A stretch of DNA of 64,000 bases from Candidatus Latescibacterota bacterium (lineage in GTDB: Bacteria; Latescibacterota; UBA2968; UBA8231): positions 6,208,001-6,272,000 of the forward strand of contig OZ242214.1 in NCBI GenBank assembly GCA_965206595.1, in the 5' to 3' direction. Shown piece by piece: positions 29,035 through 39,100 of this stretch (within the stretch, counting starts at the first letter, position 1; every line of letters begins with the position of its first letter). The notes below the pieces were generated by a model, which was given only the letters and a program-made list of their open reading frames with translations, was not told the DNA's origin and ran no database searches. The translations under genes and the position numbers were made by a program.

Positions 29035-31326
29035 ATGGACCTGGTAGAGCCGATTCCCCCCGAACTCGAGGGGCACCTGCGCAAAAAGCTGCGACCCGGG
29101 GAGCTGCTGATGGTGTTGCTGTCGTCGGACATCTCGCAGCAGGGCCGCTTCGACAGCTCCTGGCTGGCGATGACGGACGAGCGCCTAATGGTGCTGCGCT
29201 CGAACGGCGCCGGCATGGAGGAGCTGGAGGAGGTCCCCCTCGCCGACATCGAGAAGGTTCGCACCAGGAGCTACGTCGGCAACGGCACTCTGGTCGTCGA
29301 CCTGCCGGGGGGCAGCCGCGAGATCGTGCGTTTCTCCCAGGGAGCGTTCTACAAGTTCTCCGCGGTCCCACAGGTCGTCGAGGCAGCCCTCCTGTATCCG
29401 GCCGCCGAGGAAACCGCAAGCGAGGACGCCTCTCCCATACGCCGCGTCGAGTACTGCCGGACATGCGGCCGCGCCCTGCGTTCGGGCTCGACGGTATGCC
29501 CGAACTGCATTCGCAAGACCGAGACCTTCTGGCGGCTGCTCTCGTACATCCGCCCGTACAAACGGATCGCCGCCACCGGGTTCCTGCTGACCGTCACCGT
29601 CACCGCCATCAGCTTGCTGCCGCCGCTCCTGAACGAGAAGCTGATAGACGAGGTTCTCACCCCGGCCATACACGAGTACACCAGCCTCGAGGAAAGCGGC
29701 GCCTCGCTCGAGCACTGGAGCCCTCCCGCCGAAGCGGTGACGCTGCTGGGTTGGATCGTCCTATGCCTGCTGGGAATCCACCTCGGCCGCACCCTGCTCA
29801 ACAGCCTGCGCAGCTACAGTCTCGGCTGGCTCGGGCAGCGCGTGGTGTACGACCTGCAGACGGAGATCTTCGAGTGCCTGCAGTTCATGTCGCTGAGCTT
29901 TTACAGCCGCATGAGCACCGGCCGGGTGATGAACCGCGTCACCGGGGATACCGACCGCATGCGCCAGTTCATCACGCGCGGCTTTCAGGACATGGTGATC
30001 TCCGGCCTCACCGTCATCGGGATCGGCGCGGTACTGCTCTACAAGAACTGGGAGCTGGCCCTGCTCGCCCTGGTGCCGACCTCGATGATCGCGATAGGGA
30101 CCATCCTCTACACCCGGCGCGTGCACTGGGTCTACCACACGATCTGGCGGCGTGTCGCCACGCTCAACGCCCACCTCGCCGACACCATTCCCGGTGTCAA
30201 GGTGGTCAAGGCGTTCGCCCAGGAAGACAGGGAGCGCAAGCGCTTCGACCGGCGCAACGACCAGCTCGTCGAGGCGCGCATGGCGTCGGTCAGGATGCGC
30301 TCCCTCTTCCTGCCCGGAATCGCCTTCTTCACTTCGGTGGGATCGGTGGTTCTCTGGTGGTTCGGCGGCCATCGCGTCCTCAATGCGACGCTGACCCTCG
30401 GGGAGCTGCAGGCGTTCATCTCCTACATGATGATGTTCTATTCTCCGGTGGGAACCCTCTGCACCCTTTCCGACGACCTCGAGTCGGCCGCCACCTCGGC
30501 GGAACGTGTATTCGAGATCCTCGACACCGAACCGGATATCGTCGACGCCCCGGACGCCATCGACCCCGGCGTCATCGCCGGCCGCGTCGAGTTTCGCGAC
30601 GTCAGCTTCACCTACGACGGCTTCGCGCGCATCCTCGACCGCGTCTCCTTCGCGGCCGAACCCGGGGAGATGATCGGCATCGTGGGACCGAGCGGTGCCG
30701 GCAAGTCGACGCTAGTCAACCTCGTCTCGCGGTTCTACGACGCCACCGACGGCGCCGTCCTGATCGACGGCATCCCGGTCACCGGGATGAAGCAGCAGCG
30801 GCTGCGCGCCCAGGTCGGCGTGGTGCTGCAGGAGCCGTTGCTGTTCCAGGGCACCATCGCCGAGAACATCGCCTACGGCTGCCCCCAAGCGGAGCCGGAG
30901 GAGGTGATCGCCGCCGCGAGAGCGGCGAACGCGCACCAGTTCATCATGAATTTTCCCGACGGCTACGAAACCGAGGTGGGGGAGCGCGGGGGGCGGCTGT
31001 CGGGCGGCGAGCGCCAGCGGATCTCCATCGCCCGGGCGCTGATCGGCGACCCGCGCATCCTGATCCTCGACGAGGCGACCAGCTCCGTCGACACCGAAAC
31101 GGAGTACGAGATCCAGGAGGCGCTGGAGAGACTGATCGCCGACCGCACCACCTTTGCGATCGCCCACCGGTTGTCGACCCTCAAGAACGCCGACCGCCTG
31201 CTGGTGCTGGAGCGCGGCAGGGTAGCCGAAGTCGGCACCCACGCCGAGCTGCTGGGGCGCGAGGACGGGGTCTACCGCAGGCTCGTCGACATGCAGTCGG
31301 AACTCGCCAGGGTGAGAGCCCTGTAG
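29035..31326 (+). CDS. ABC exporter (TMD+NBD) with N-terminal PH-like domain and CxxC-x10-CxxC zinc ribbon
   Basis: CRTC...CPNC; TMD; GPSGAGKS, LSGGERQR, ILDEATS, IAHRLST. Confidence 0.9.
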   Translation: MDLVEPIPPELEGHLRKKLRPGELLMVLLSSDISQQGRFDSSWLAMTDERLMVLRSNGAGMEELEEVPLADIEKVRTRSYVGNGTLVVDLPGGSREIVRFSQGAFYKFSAVPQVVEAALLYPAAEETASEDASPIRRVEYCRTCGRALRSGSTVCPNCIRKTETFWRLLSYIRPYKRIAATGFLLTVTVTAISLLPPLLNEKLIDEVLTPAIHEYTSLEESGASLEHWSPPAEAVTLLGWIVLCLLGIHLGRTLLNSLRSYSLGWLGQRVVYDLQTEIFECLQFMSLSFYSRMSTGRVMNRVTGDTDRMRQFITRGFQDMVISGLTVIGIGAVLLYKNWELALLALVPTSMIAIGTILYTRRVHWVYHTIWRRVATLNAHLADTIPGVKVVKAFAQEDRERKRFDRRNDQLVEARMASVRMRSLFLPGIAFFTSVGSVVLWWFGGHRVLNATLTLGELQAFISYMMMFYSPVGTLCTLSDDLESAATSAERVFEILDTEPDIVDAPDAIDPGVIAGRVEFRDVSFTYDGFARILDRVSFAAEPGEMIGIVGPSGAGKSTLVNLVSRFYDATDGAVLIDGIPVTGMKQQRLRAQVGVVLQEPLLFQGTIAENIAYGCPQAEPEEVIAAARAANAHQFIMNFPDGYETEVGERGGRLSGGERQRISIARALIGDPRILILDEATSSVDTETEYEIQEALERLIADRTTFAIAHRLSTLKNADRLLVLERGRVAEVGTHAELLGREDGVYRRLVDMQSELARVRAL

Positions 31327-31336
31327 GAGAGATGGC

Positions 31337-31831
31337 ATGACCGGACACCAAACTGGCGGCTCCATGCTGGATGAGAAAGAGGTGACGCTGGCGCGCAACG
31401 CCGCGGGACAGCTCTGCCTGTCGGCAGCGGGAAAATCGTTCGCGGACATCGGCGTGCGGCGCGCCTTTCCACTTGAATTCCCTTTCCGCTACATCTCGTT
31501 CCTCGACGGCGAGGGGACGGAAATCGGGATGATCCGCGATCTGGAGATGCTGGAACCGGACAGCCGGGAGGTGCTGAGAGAGGCGCTGCACCGCATCTAC
31601 TTCCTCCCGGTGGTCGAGGCCATCCCCCATATCCGGGAGGAGTACGGCGTCATCCTGGCGGACCTGGAAACCTCCAGCGGCCCGCGGCGGATCGAGGTCC
31701 GCGGCTACCGGCGAAACGTCCGGCCCCTGTCGCGCGGCCGCGCCCTCATCGAGGACGTCGACGGCAACCGCTACGAGCTGCGCGACTGGTCGCGGCTGCC
31801 GAAACGGACCCGCGAGATGTTTGGTCTGTAG
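31337..31831 (+). CDS. DUF1854 family protein
   Basis: RRAFPL...YISFLD..G.EIG; IYFLP; LIEDVDGNRY. Typical partner of this ABC type. Confidence 0.8.
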   Translation: MTGHQTGGSMLDEKEVTLARNAAGQLCLSAAGKSFADIGVRRAFPLEFPFRYISFLDGEGTEIGMIRDLEMLEPDSREVLREALHRIYFLPVVEAIPHIREEYGVILADLETSSGPRRIEVRGYRRNVRPLSRGRALIEDVDGNRYELRDWSRLPKRTREMFGL

Positions 31832-31887
31832 ATGAACGTCCGGCCCGCGGCCGGCGTCAGAGGTTCTTCCTGGAGGGCAGCTCCGAC

Positions 31888-32706
31888 TCAGCTCCCGCCG
31901 GCGAAGAAGCGGCGCATCTTCTCCATGCCGATGCGCACCGTTTCCGCCGGGTCCCGCTCCCACCACTCCCGGTTGAACAGCTCGAGCGAGACGTACCCCG
32001 CGTAGCCGGCGGCGATGGCCTGCCGTTCGATTTCCCGCAGCTGCCCGGCGCCGTCTCCGGGCATTACGCGGTCGGCGTCCCCCTGCTGCGGCAGCGGCGT
32101 CCCCGAGGGGACGTCGTTCCAGTGCCAGATGGCGACCCGGTCCCCCGGGACTTGGGCGATCTCCGCGACCGAGCCGCCCCCGCGCAGGATATGGAAGGGG
32201 TCCATCACCACGCGGGCCTCGGGATGGTCGGCGGCGCGGGCGATCTTCCAGGCCTGCGTGATAGTGTGGACCGAGCCGGCGAACCCGAGGAACTCCATCG
32301 CCGGCCATACCCCGAACCCGCTTCCGAGCTCGATAAGCTCGCGGTACTGCTCGCCGGCCCCGTCGAGGTCGCACCGTTCCTGCGGCGGCGAGGCGACGAT
32401 GCGCCGGGAACCGATGGCCGCAGCCTGCTCCATGCGCCTCCCTGCTTCGGCCAGGGCCGCGGTGTGCTCCTCTCCGCGGGAACCGAGCCAGCCGTGAACG
32501 GCGATGACCCCGGGGACCTCGAGGCCCCTGTCCTCCAGCGCCCTGCGAATGTCGGCGAGCGCACCGCCGGCCCGCAGGAAGGCGTCGATATCGTCGCTCC
32601 ACAGCTCGATGGCGCGGAAGCCGGCCTCGGAAGCCAGGCGAATCTTGTCGAGCAGGGGAACGGGCTGGATCGTGCTGCTGTTGAGGCAGTACTGGAAACA
32701 CGGCAT
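31888..32706 (-). CDS. Sugar-phosphate isomerase/epimerase (xylose-isomerase-like TIM barrel)
   Basis: AGFRAIELW, AMEFLG, MDPFH, HWND, DRVMPGDG, SLELF. Confidence 0.85.
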   Translation of the reverse strand: MPCFQYCLNSSTIQPVPLLDKIRLASEAGFRAIELWSDDIDAFLRAGGALADIRRALEDRGLEVPGVIAVHGWLGSRGEEHTAALAEAGRRMEQAAAIGSRRIVASPPQERCDLDGAGEQYRELIELGSGFGVWPAMEFLGFAGSVHTITQAWKIARAADHPEARVVMDPFHILRGGGSVAEIAQVPGDRVAIWHWNDVPSGTPLPQQGDADRVMPGDGAGQLREIERQAIAAGYAGYVSLELFNREWWERDPAETVRIGMEKMRRFFAGGS

Positions 32707-32742
32707 GCGTGCTCTCCGGCGGATGAAACCGACTTCGAGCTG

Positions 32743-33765
32743 TCAGGCGACGTGCAGGTAGTCGCGGCCCTCGGCAAGGGCCATGCGCTGCAGCTCGCGG
32801 CCAATCTCGACCCGGGCACCCCGCGAGGCAACCGCGGACAGCAGCATCGGGTTGCGGCAGCGGCGCCAGCGCCCGGCGAACTCCGCGGCCGAGACGATGT
32901 CGACCCGGCGCAGGGTGCTGCCGATCTTGGCCGGGGCGATGTCGATGAAGGCGGCGAGGGGGCATCCCCCCCTGGCCAGGTGCTTCGAAAGGCGCCTCCC
33001 GGTCTTTCCGGCGCCCCAGATGAATACCGCGTCGCGTCCCTTGAGCGGACCGGCGAGCAGGTAGTGGGCTTTGGCGCGGAGGAAGTTCTCCACCGAGTAA
33101 CGGCTGTCGGTGCGGGTGAGGCGGCCGGGGTGCTCGCGCCAGCGCAGCAGCACCTCGGGGACCTTGGCGAAGCGAACCCCCGCGGCGGCGAGCCGCAGCC
33201 ACAGATCGTAGTCTTCCGCCCAGCCGCGGTCCTCGTATCCCCCCGCCTCCTCCAGGACGCTTCGGCGAACGCAGGCGCTGGGGTGGGTGATCGGACTCTC
33301 GATGAAGAGCTCCCTGAGGATCTCCTCGTGGGTTCGCAGCCGGTTCTGCCATCCGAGGTACACCCGCATGCCCTCGCCCAGCTGCGCCCGCGGAAAGCCC
33401 TCGACGAGACAGCCAACCACCCCGAGCCCGGGGTCGCGTTCCAGCATTTCCACCTGTCTCTCCAGGCGTTCCGGGAGGGAGAGGTCGTCGGCATCCATGC
33501 GGGCGACACAGGGAGCGCGGCAGTACCGCAGGCCGGCGTTGAGTGCGGCGATCAGGCCGGCGCGGCCCAGGGTCACGGGGCGGACGCGACGGTCGCGGGC
33601 GGCGGCCTCCCCCAAGATGCGGCTGCTTCCATCTTCGGAGCCGTCGTCGACGGCGACGATCTCGAGGTCTCGAAGGGTCTGTTCGCAGATGCTCCGCAGC
33701 GCCTCGGCAAGGGTCGCTGCGGCGTTGTGAACCGGCATAAGGACGGAAACTCGTGGCAGGGACAT
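32743..33765 (-). CDS. GT2 glycosyltransferase with C-terminal Rossmann-like domain (B3GNTL1/QTGAL-like)
   Basis: VSVLMPVHNA, DDGS, RMDADD, EDYDLW; C-terminal IWGAGKTGRRL, AFIDIAPAKI, EGRDYLHVA. Start ATG 33765 or 33777. Confidence 0.85.
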   Translation of the reverse strand: MSLPRVSVLMPVHNAAATLAEALRSICEQTLRDLEIVAVDDGSEDGSSRILGEAAARDRRVRPVTLGRAGLIAALNAGLRYCRAPCVARMDADDLSLPERLERQVEMLERDPGLGVVGCLVEGFPRAQLGEGMRVYLGWQNRLRTHEEILRELFIESPITHPSACVRRSVLEEAGGYEDRGWAEDYDLWLRLAAAGVRFAKVPEVLLRWREHPGRLTRTDSRYSVENFLRAKAHYLLAGPLKGRDAVFIWGAGKTGRRLSKHLARGGCPLAAFIDIAPAKIGSTLRRVDIVSAAEFAGRWRRCRNPMLLSAVASRGARVEIGRELQRMALAEGRDYLHVA

Positions 33766-33983
33766 GGTGGTATTCATCCCCAGGCGGCTCTGGTTGCAGG
33801 TGGCCGGAGGAACTTCTGCTTTCGAAGTTGAACCGGGGAAGGCAACTGGGACCGACCGGGATCCAGGGGAAGAGCGAACAGGCGATCCGGTCCGAGCGGA
33901 CGGTTGCGATTCTCCAAAGGATGCGCCGTCAGCACCTATATTGAGTGGCTCGGTATACGCAAAGGAAACCAGCAAGGGCCTCC

Positions 33984-34745
33984 ATGATCCACCTGAAATC
34001 CGCCAGGGAAATCGAGAAGATACGCGCCAGCTGCCGCATCGCGGCCGAGGCGATGATGCAAGTCCGGGAGGCTGTCGCTCCGGGAGTGAGCACTGGCGAG
34101 CTCGACGTTGTGGCCGCCGCGTACATCCGCAGCCGGGGGGCGGTTGCCAGCGCCAAGGGGTACCGCGGCTACCCGGCCAGTATCTGCGTCTCGATCAACG
34201 AGGTCATCGTTCACGGGATTCCCGGCCCGCGCCGGCTCGCCGAAGGGGATATCGTCGCCGTCGACATCGCGGTCAGGAAGGACGGCTTCCACGGCGACAT
34301 GAACGTTTCCTTCGCGGTCGGCGAGACCTCCGGGGAGGCCCGGGACCTGCTGGCGACGACCCGCGAAGGAATGGAGATCGGCCTGCGCGCCTGCGTCGCC
34401 GGCAAGCGGCTCGGGGACGCAGGCCACGCGATCCAGGAGTTCGTCGAAGGCAGGGGGTACTCGATCGTGCGGGAATACTGCGGCCACGGCATCGGGCGGG
34501 AGTTCCACGAGGAGCCGCAACTGCTGCATTTCGGCACCCCGGACACGGGCCGGCGGCTGCAACCCGGAGTGGTGTTCACCGTGGAGCCGATGGTCAACGC
34601 CGGCGGGCCGGAGGTGCGCCTCCTCGACGACGACTGGACCGCGGTTACCCTGGACGGAAGCCTCTCCGCCCAGTTCGAGCACACCGTGGCGGTGACCGCG
34701 GACGGCCCCGACGTGCTTTCGAGATTCGACGACCTGCCGTTCTGA
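33984..34745 (+). CDS. map: Methionine aminopeptidase type I
   Basis: CVSINEVIVHGIP, GDIVAVD, GHGIG..FHEEP, VEPMVN, SAQFEHTV. Confidence 0.96.
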   Translation: MIHLKSAREIEKIRASCRIAAEAMMQVREAVAPGVSTGELDVVAAAYIRSRGAVASAKGYRGYPASICVSINEVIVHGIPGPRRLAEGDIVAVDIAVRKDGFHGDMNVSFAVGETSGEARDLLATTREGMEIGLRACVAGKRLGDAGHAIQEFVEGRGYSIVREYCGHGIGREFHEEPQLLHFGTPDTGRRLQPGVVFTVEPMVNAGGPEVRLLDDDWTAVTLDGSLSAQFEHTVAVTADGPDVLSRFDDLPF

Positions 34746-34929
34746 ACCGGGTTTGCCGAATTCCGGGCGGCTCCTAGATTTTGTCGATGCAATCTGTTAC
34801 CGGAGTTCCTGGCATCCTGCGGCGTTCGCCTGAGGAGGACGCGGCCCCGGGCTGCAGGAGCCATGCCGGCCGAGTCCCGCCCCGGCCTCGACTGCCGGGA
34901 CGGCACCCAAGCGAGAAAAGGAAACCGAG

Positions 34930-35208
34930 ATGGCCCAGAATTTACGGTCCCGCAACGAAGAGGAAGCGACCGATTTTTCGACCTTCGATTCGGGAAGCAC
35001 ACGCGAGCTGGAAGTAGAGGACGTCTGCTGCATCACCGGCGAGGAGGTGCCTGCCAGCTTCTGCCGGTTTCCCGACTACCGGCGGGGAACGATGATGGTG
35101 ATGTCGAAGAAGCATGCGATCGAGCATCTGCGAAAAGGAACCACCATCGAGAAGTTCAAGGAGGTCCTTGTCGAACGGCACGGGCAGGAGGTCCTCGACG
35201 AATACTGA
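34930..35208 (+). CDS. Small hypothetical protein (92 aa)
   Basis: AAGGA RBS; coding-like composition; fills the gap between map and the convergent tlpA-like gene. Confidence 0.65.
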   Translation: MAQNLRSRNEEEATDFSTFDSGSTRELEVEDVCCITGEEVPASFCRFPDYRRGTMMVMSKKHAIEHLRKGTTIEKFKEVLVERHGQEVLDEY

Positions 35209-35323
35209 TCGAGGCATTTCCTGACGGCGCCTTCATCCGGCGTGATCGGAACGGGCAAGCAGGCCCCGTCTCCGGTCTCGCTGGCCCCCCTTTCCACCTG
35301 ATTTTCCGCCGCGTCGGCGGCGG

Positions 35324-35914
35324 TCAGACCCTGTCCAGCAACATCTGAATATCCTCCCCCAAGGCCGAGAATGGGGAGAAGCGCCCCGATCTGTCGCGGG
35401 GAACGCCGCGGTGCACGGCCCGGGTTTCGCCGTTCTGGTCGATGACGATCGTCAGCGGTATGGAGACCATCGGGGAGGAATCGTAGTTGCGCACCCAACG
35501 CATGTCCGCGTCGTAGTAGATCGGGTAGTTGATTCCGTACTCCCCCGTGAAGCGGCGCAGCCTGGCATCGATCTGCTCGGGCGTGCCGTGTTCGCTCATC
35601 GCGATGCCGACGATGGCGACGTCGTCCTCGGCGAACCCCTGGCGCAGCTTGACGAGGTCGGGTATTTCGATGCGACAGGGCCCGCACCAGGTCGCCCAGA
35701 AATTGATGACGAGCACCTTGCCCATGTGGGCTTCCGGCCTGAAGTCGGCGGCGTCGCCGACGGAGCCGGGGACGTTGGCAGGGGCCTGCTCGGAGGTGTC
35801 GGCGCCGCTGCAGCCGAATAGGCCCGGGAGGGCGGCCAGAAGGGGCGGGAGGAGGTGTTTCAGGATGATTCGACGTGCTGATCGCTGCATGGAAGCGAAT
35901 ATAGAGGCGGCCAA
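35324..35914 (-). CDS. TlpA/ResA-like thiol-disulfide oxidoreductase lipoprotein
   Basis: GKVLVINFWATWCGPCRIEIP; IP..IVIDQNG; lipobox LFGC. Confidence 0.9.
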   Translation of the reverse strand: MAASIFASMQRSARRIILKHLLPPLLAALPGLFGCSGADTSEQAPANVPGSVGDAADFRPEAHMGKVLVINFWATWCGPCRIEIPDLVKLRQGFAEDDVAIVGIAMSEHGTPEQIDARLRRFTGEYGINYPIYYDADMRWVRNYDSSPMVSIPLTIVIDQNGETRAVHRGVPRDRSGRFSPFSALGEDIQMLLDRV

Positions 35915-36106
35915 TGGGGGCTGCCACTGTCTGAGGGGCGACAGTCGGGGGGCAAGTCAATCCCATGTGAAGGAAGTCAACGACCTTTAGCGGATCCGAA
36001 AAATCTGCCGGGCGCAGGCAGCCGTACCGATGGCAACGCCGTGGAAAGCGCCACTTTGGCTCACATCAAGGCCAGCCTGTCCAAGTAAGCCAGCCTGTTA
36101 AACCCC

Positions 36107-39100
36107 TCAGGCTCGCGGTGCAGCCCCCCTGGTGTTCGGCGCTTCGGTGAGCCATGGTTTCTCCGGCTCGATCAGCGTTCCCACCGCCTTCAGCAGCTCG
36201 TCCGACGGATCGACCCGCAACGACCGCGAGCGCACCACCGCGTCCTTGCCTCCCCCGTTCCTCAGGTGGATCAGCAGCTCGCAGTTCCCGGTGTGCTGGT
36301 CGACAAGCCGGCGCAGGCGCTGCAGCAGGTCCGAGCTGCTTTCGTCGTCGAACTTGAGGACGAAGTTCACCGCCTTCGTCAGTTTCTGCCGCGCCTCGTC
36401 GAGGGGGATCAGCGACTCGGCCTGGAGGCCGAGGTTGCCGTTGCGGCGCGACACGCGGCCTTCGGCGAGCACCGCCCGCCCCTGCTCGATCAGGGGGCGG
36501 AAAGTGGTGTAGGCGTCGGAGAAGAAGACGACATCGATCTTGCCGCCCTGGTCTTCGATGGTCGCGAAGGCGATGCTCTGGCCGCGGCGGTCAGTCGACG
36601 TGCTGATCCGGGTGATGAGCCCGCCGATGCGCACGGAAGCCCCGTCGGCGTAGCGTTCGAGCTCCCCCACAGGGGTGGCGAAATAGCGCAGGTCCCTGGC
36701 GTGCTGGTTGAGCGGGTGGCTGGAGACGTAAAACCCCAGCAGCTCCTGCTCGCGTTCGAGGCATTCCGACTGGCTCCACTCCGCCGTTTCCGGAAGCGAC
36801 GGCTTGTCGACCTGCGCAACCACCTCTTCGGCATCGTCGAAGAGGCTTCTCTGGCCGCGCAACTTCTGCTCGTTGGCGATCTGGGCGTTCCTCAGCACCA
36901 GATCGAGACCTTCCAGCATCTGGGCGCGGTGCGTTCCCTGGCGGTCGACGGCCCCGGCGGCGATCAGGCTCTCGATCACCCGCCTGTTGACCGCCTTGAG
37001 GTCGAGGCGCTGGCAGAGATCGAACAGGTCTGCGAAGGCCTCCCCGTCGGCCCTGGCCTCGACGATGGCCTGCGCCGCCCCTTCGCCGACGTTCTTGATT
37101 GCGGCGAGACCGAAGCGGATGCCCTCCGGGGTCGGTGTGAAGTTGACGGCGCTCTTGTCGACGTCGGGGGGCAGCACAGGCAGGTCCATGTTCCGGCACT
37201 CCTCCAGCAGCACGGTCAGGCGATCGGTGTTGGTGCGGTCCGTGGTCAGGCTCGCGGCCATGTACTCCCTGGGATAGTGGGCCTTGAGGTAGGCGTTCTT
37301 GTAGGCCACCTCGGAATAGCAGGCCGAGTGCGACTTGTTGAACCCGTACCCGGAAAACACCTCGATATCTTCCCACACCTTCCCGGCGACCTTCTGCGGC
37401 ACGCCGTTTCCCTGCGCCCCTTCGAGGAAGTCGTGGCGGTATTTCTCCATGACGTCGGCGAGCTTCTTGCCCATCGCCTTGCGGATGCCGTCGGCCTGGC
37501 CGAGGGTGAAGCCGGCCATGTCGCGGGCGATGCGCTGCACCTGCTCCTGGTAGGTGATGACCCCGTAGGTCTCCTCGAGTATCGGCTCGAGCAGCGGGTG
37601 GTCGTGCTCGACCGCCTGCTCCCCCTGTTTGCGGGCGATGAAGTCCGGGATGCGCTGCATCGGTCCGGGGCGGTAGAGCGCGTTCATGGCGATCACGTCC
37701 TCGATCTTGTCCGGCTTGAGCTGCACGAGGTACTCGCGCATGCCGGCGCTCTCGAACTGGAACACCCCGATGGTGTCGCCCCTGCTGAACAGGTCGAAGG
37801 TCTCCGCGTCGTCCCAGGGGATCGCCGAGAGGTCGAAGCCGGGCTCGTGCAGGCGGATCAGGCGCACCGCCTCGTCCCTCAGCGACAGCTCCTTGAGTCC
37901 GAGGATGTCCATCTTGAGCAGGCCGACCGACATGCAGGTCTCGCCGTCGAACTGGGTGGTGACCGTGCCGTCCTTGGGAGCGCGGTAGAGGGGCACGTAA
38001 TCGGTCAGCTCGGAGGGGGCGATGATGACGGCGCAGGCATGGACGGAGGCGTGGCGGGCCATGCCCTCGAGCTTGCGGGAATACTCGATCAGCCGGCCCT
38101 CCGCGCCCGGCGCCTCGGCGAGCTGCTGCAGCTCCGGGACCCGTTCGATGGCGCTGTCGAGGGTGATCTTGAGCTCGTTGGGGATCAGCTTGGCGATGCC
38201 GTCGACCTCCCCGAAGGGCATTCCGAGAACGCGGCCGACGTCGCGCACCACCGCCTTGGCTCCCATGGTCCCGAAGGTGATCACCTGCGAGACGTTGGCC
38301 TCGCCGTACTTCTCGACGATGTAGCGGACGACCCTGTCGCGGCCGGTATCGGCGAAGTCGATGTCGATGTCGGGCGGTTCGATGCGCTCGGGATTGAGGA
38401 AACGCTCGAACAGCAGGTCGAACTTCATCGGATCGGTGTCGGTGATCTCCAGGCAGTAGGAGACCAGGCTGCCGGAGGCAGAGCCGCGGCCGGGGCCGAC
38501 TGAGATCCCGCTCCTGCGGGCGAACTTGACGATGTCCCAGACGATGAGGAAGTAGCCGGCGAATCCCTCCTTGATCAGCAGGTCGAGCTCGTAATCGAGC
38601 CGTTTCTCCAGGCCGGGATCTGATTTGCCGTAGCGCCGCTCGAGCCCTTCCCGGGCGAGCCGGGTCAGGAAATCGCCGCTGCTCTCGTACCCTTCGGGAA
38701 TCGGGAAGTTCGGCATGTGGGATTCCCCGAAATCGAGCTCGAGGTCGCATTTGTCGGCGATCTCGACCGTCTTTTCCAAGGCGTCCGGCAGGTCGTTGAA
38801 CAGCTCCTGCATTTGCGCCGGGTTCTTCATGAACAGCCCGTCGGGGTAGCAGAGGCGGTTGTCGTCGTCGACGGTCTTGCCGGTCTGGATGCAGATCAGG
38901 GCGTCGTGGGCGTCGTGGTCGTCGGCGCGGAGGAAGTGGAAGTCGTTGGTCGCGACCAGGGGCACCCCCAGCTTCCGGTGCAGTTCGAGCAGGCCCTCGT
39001 TGACCTTGGCCTCGGCGGGGATGCCGTGGCGCTGGATCTCGAGGTAGTAGTCGTCACCGAAGTGGTCGGCGAACCAGCGCGCCGACTCTTCGGCCGCGGC

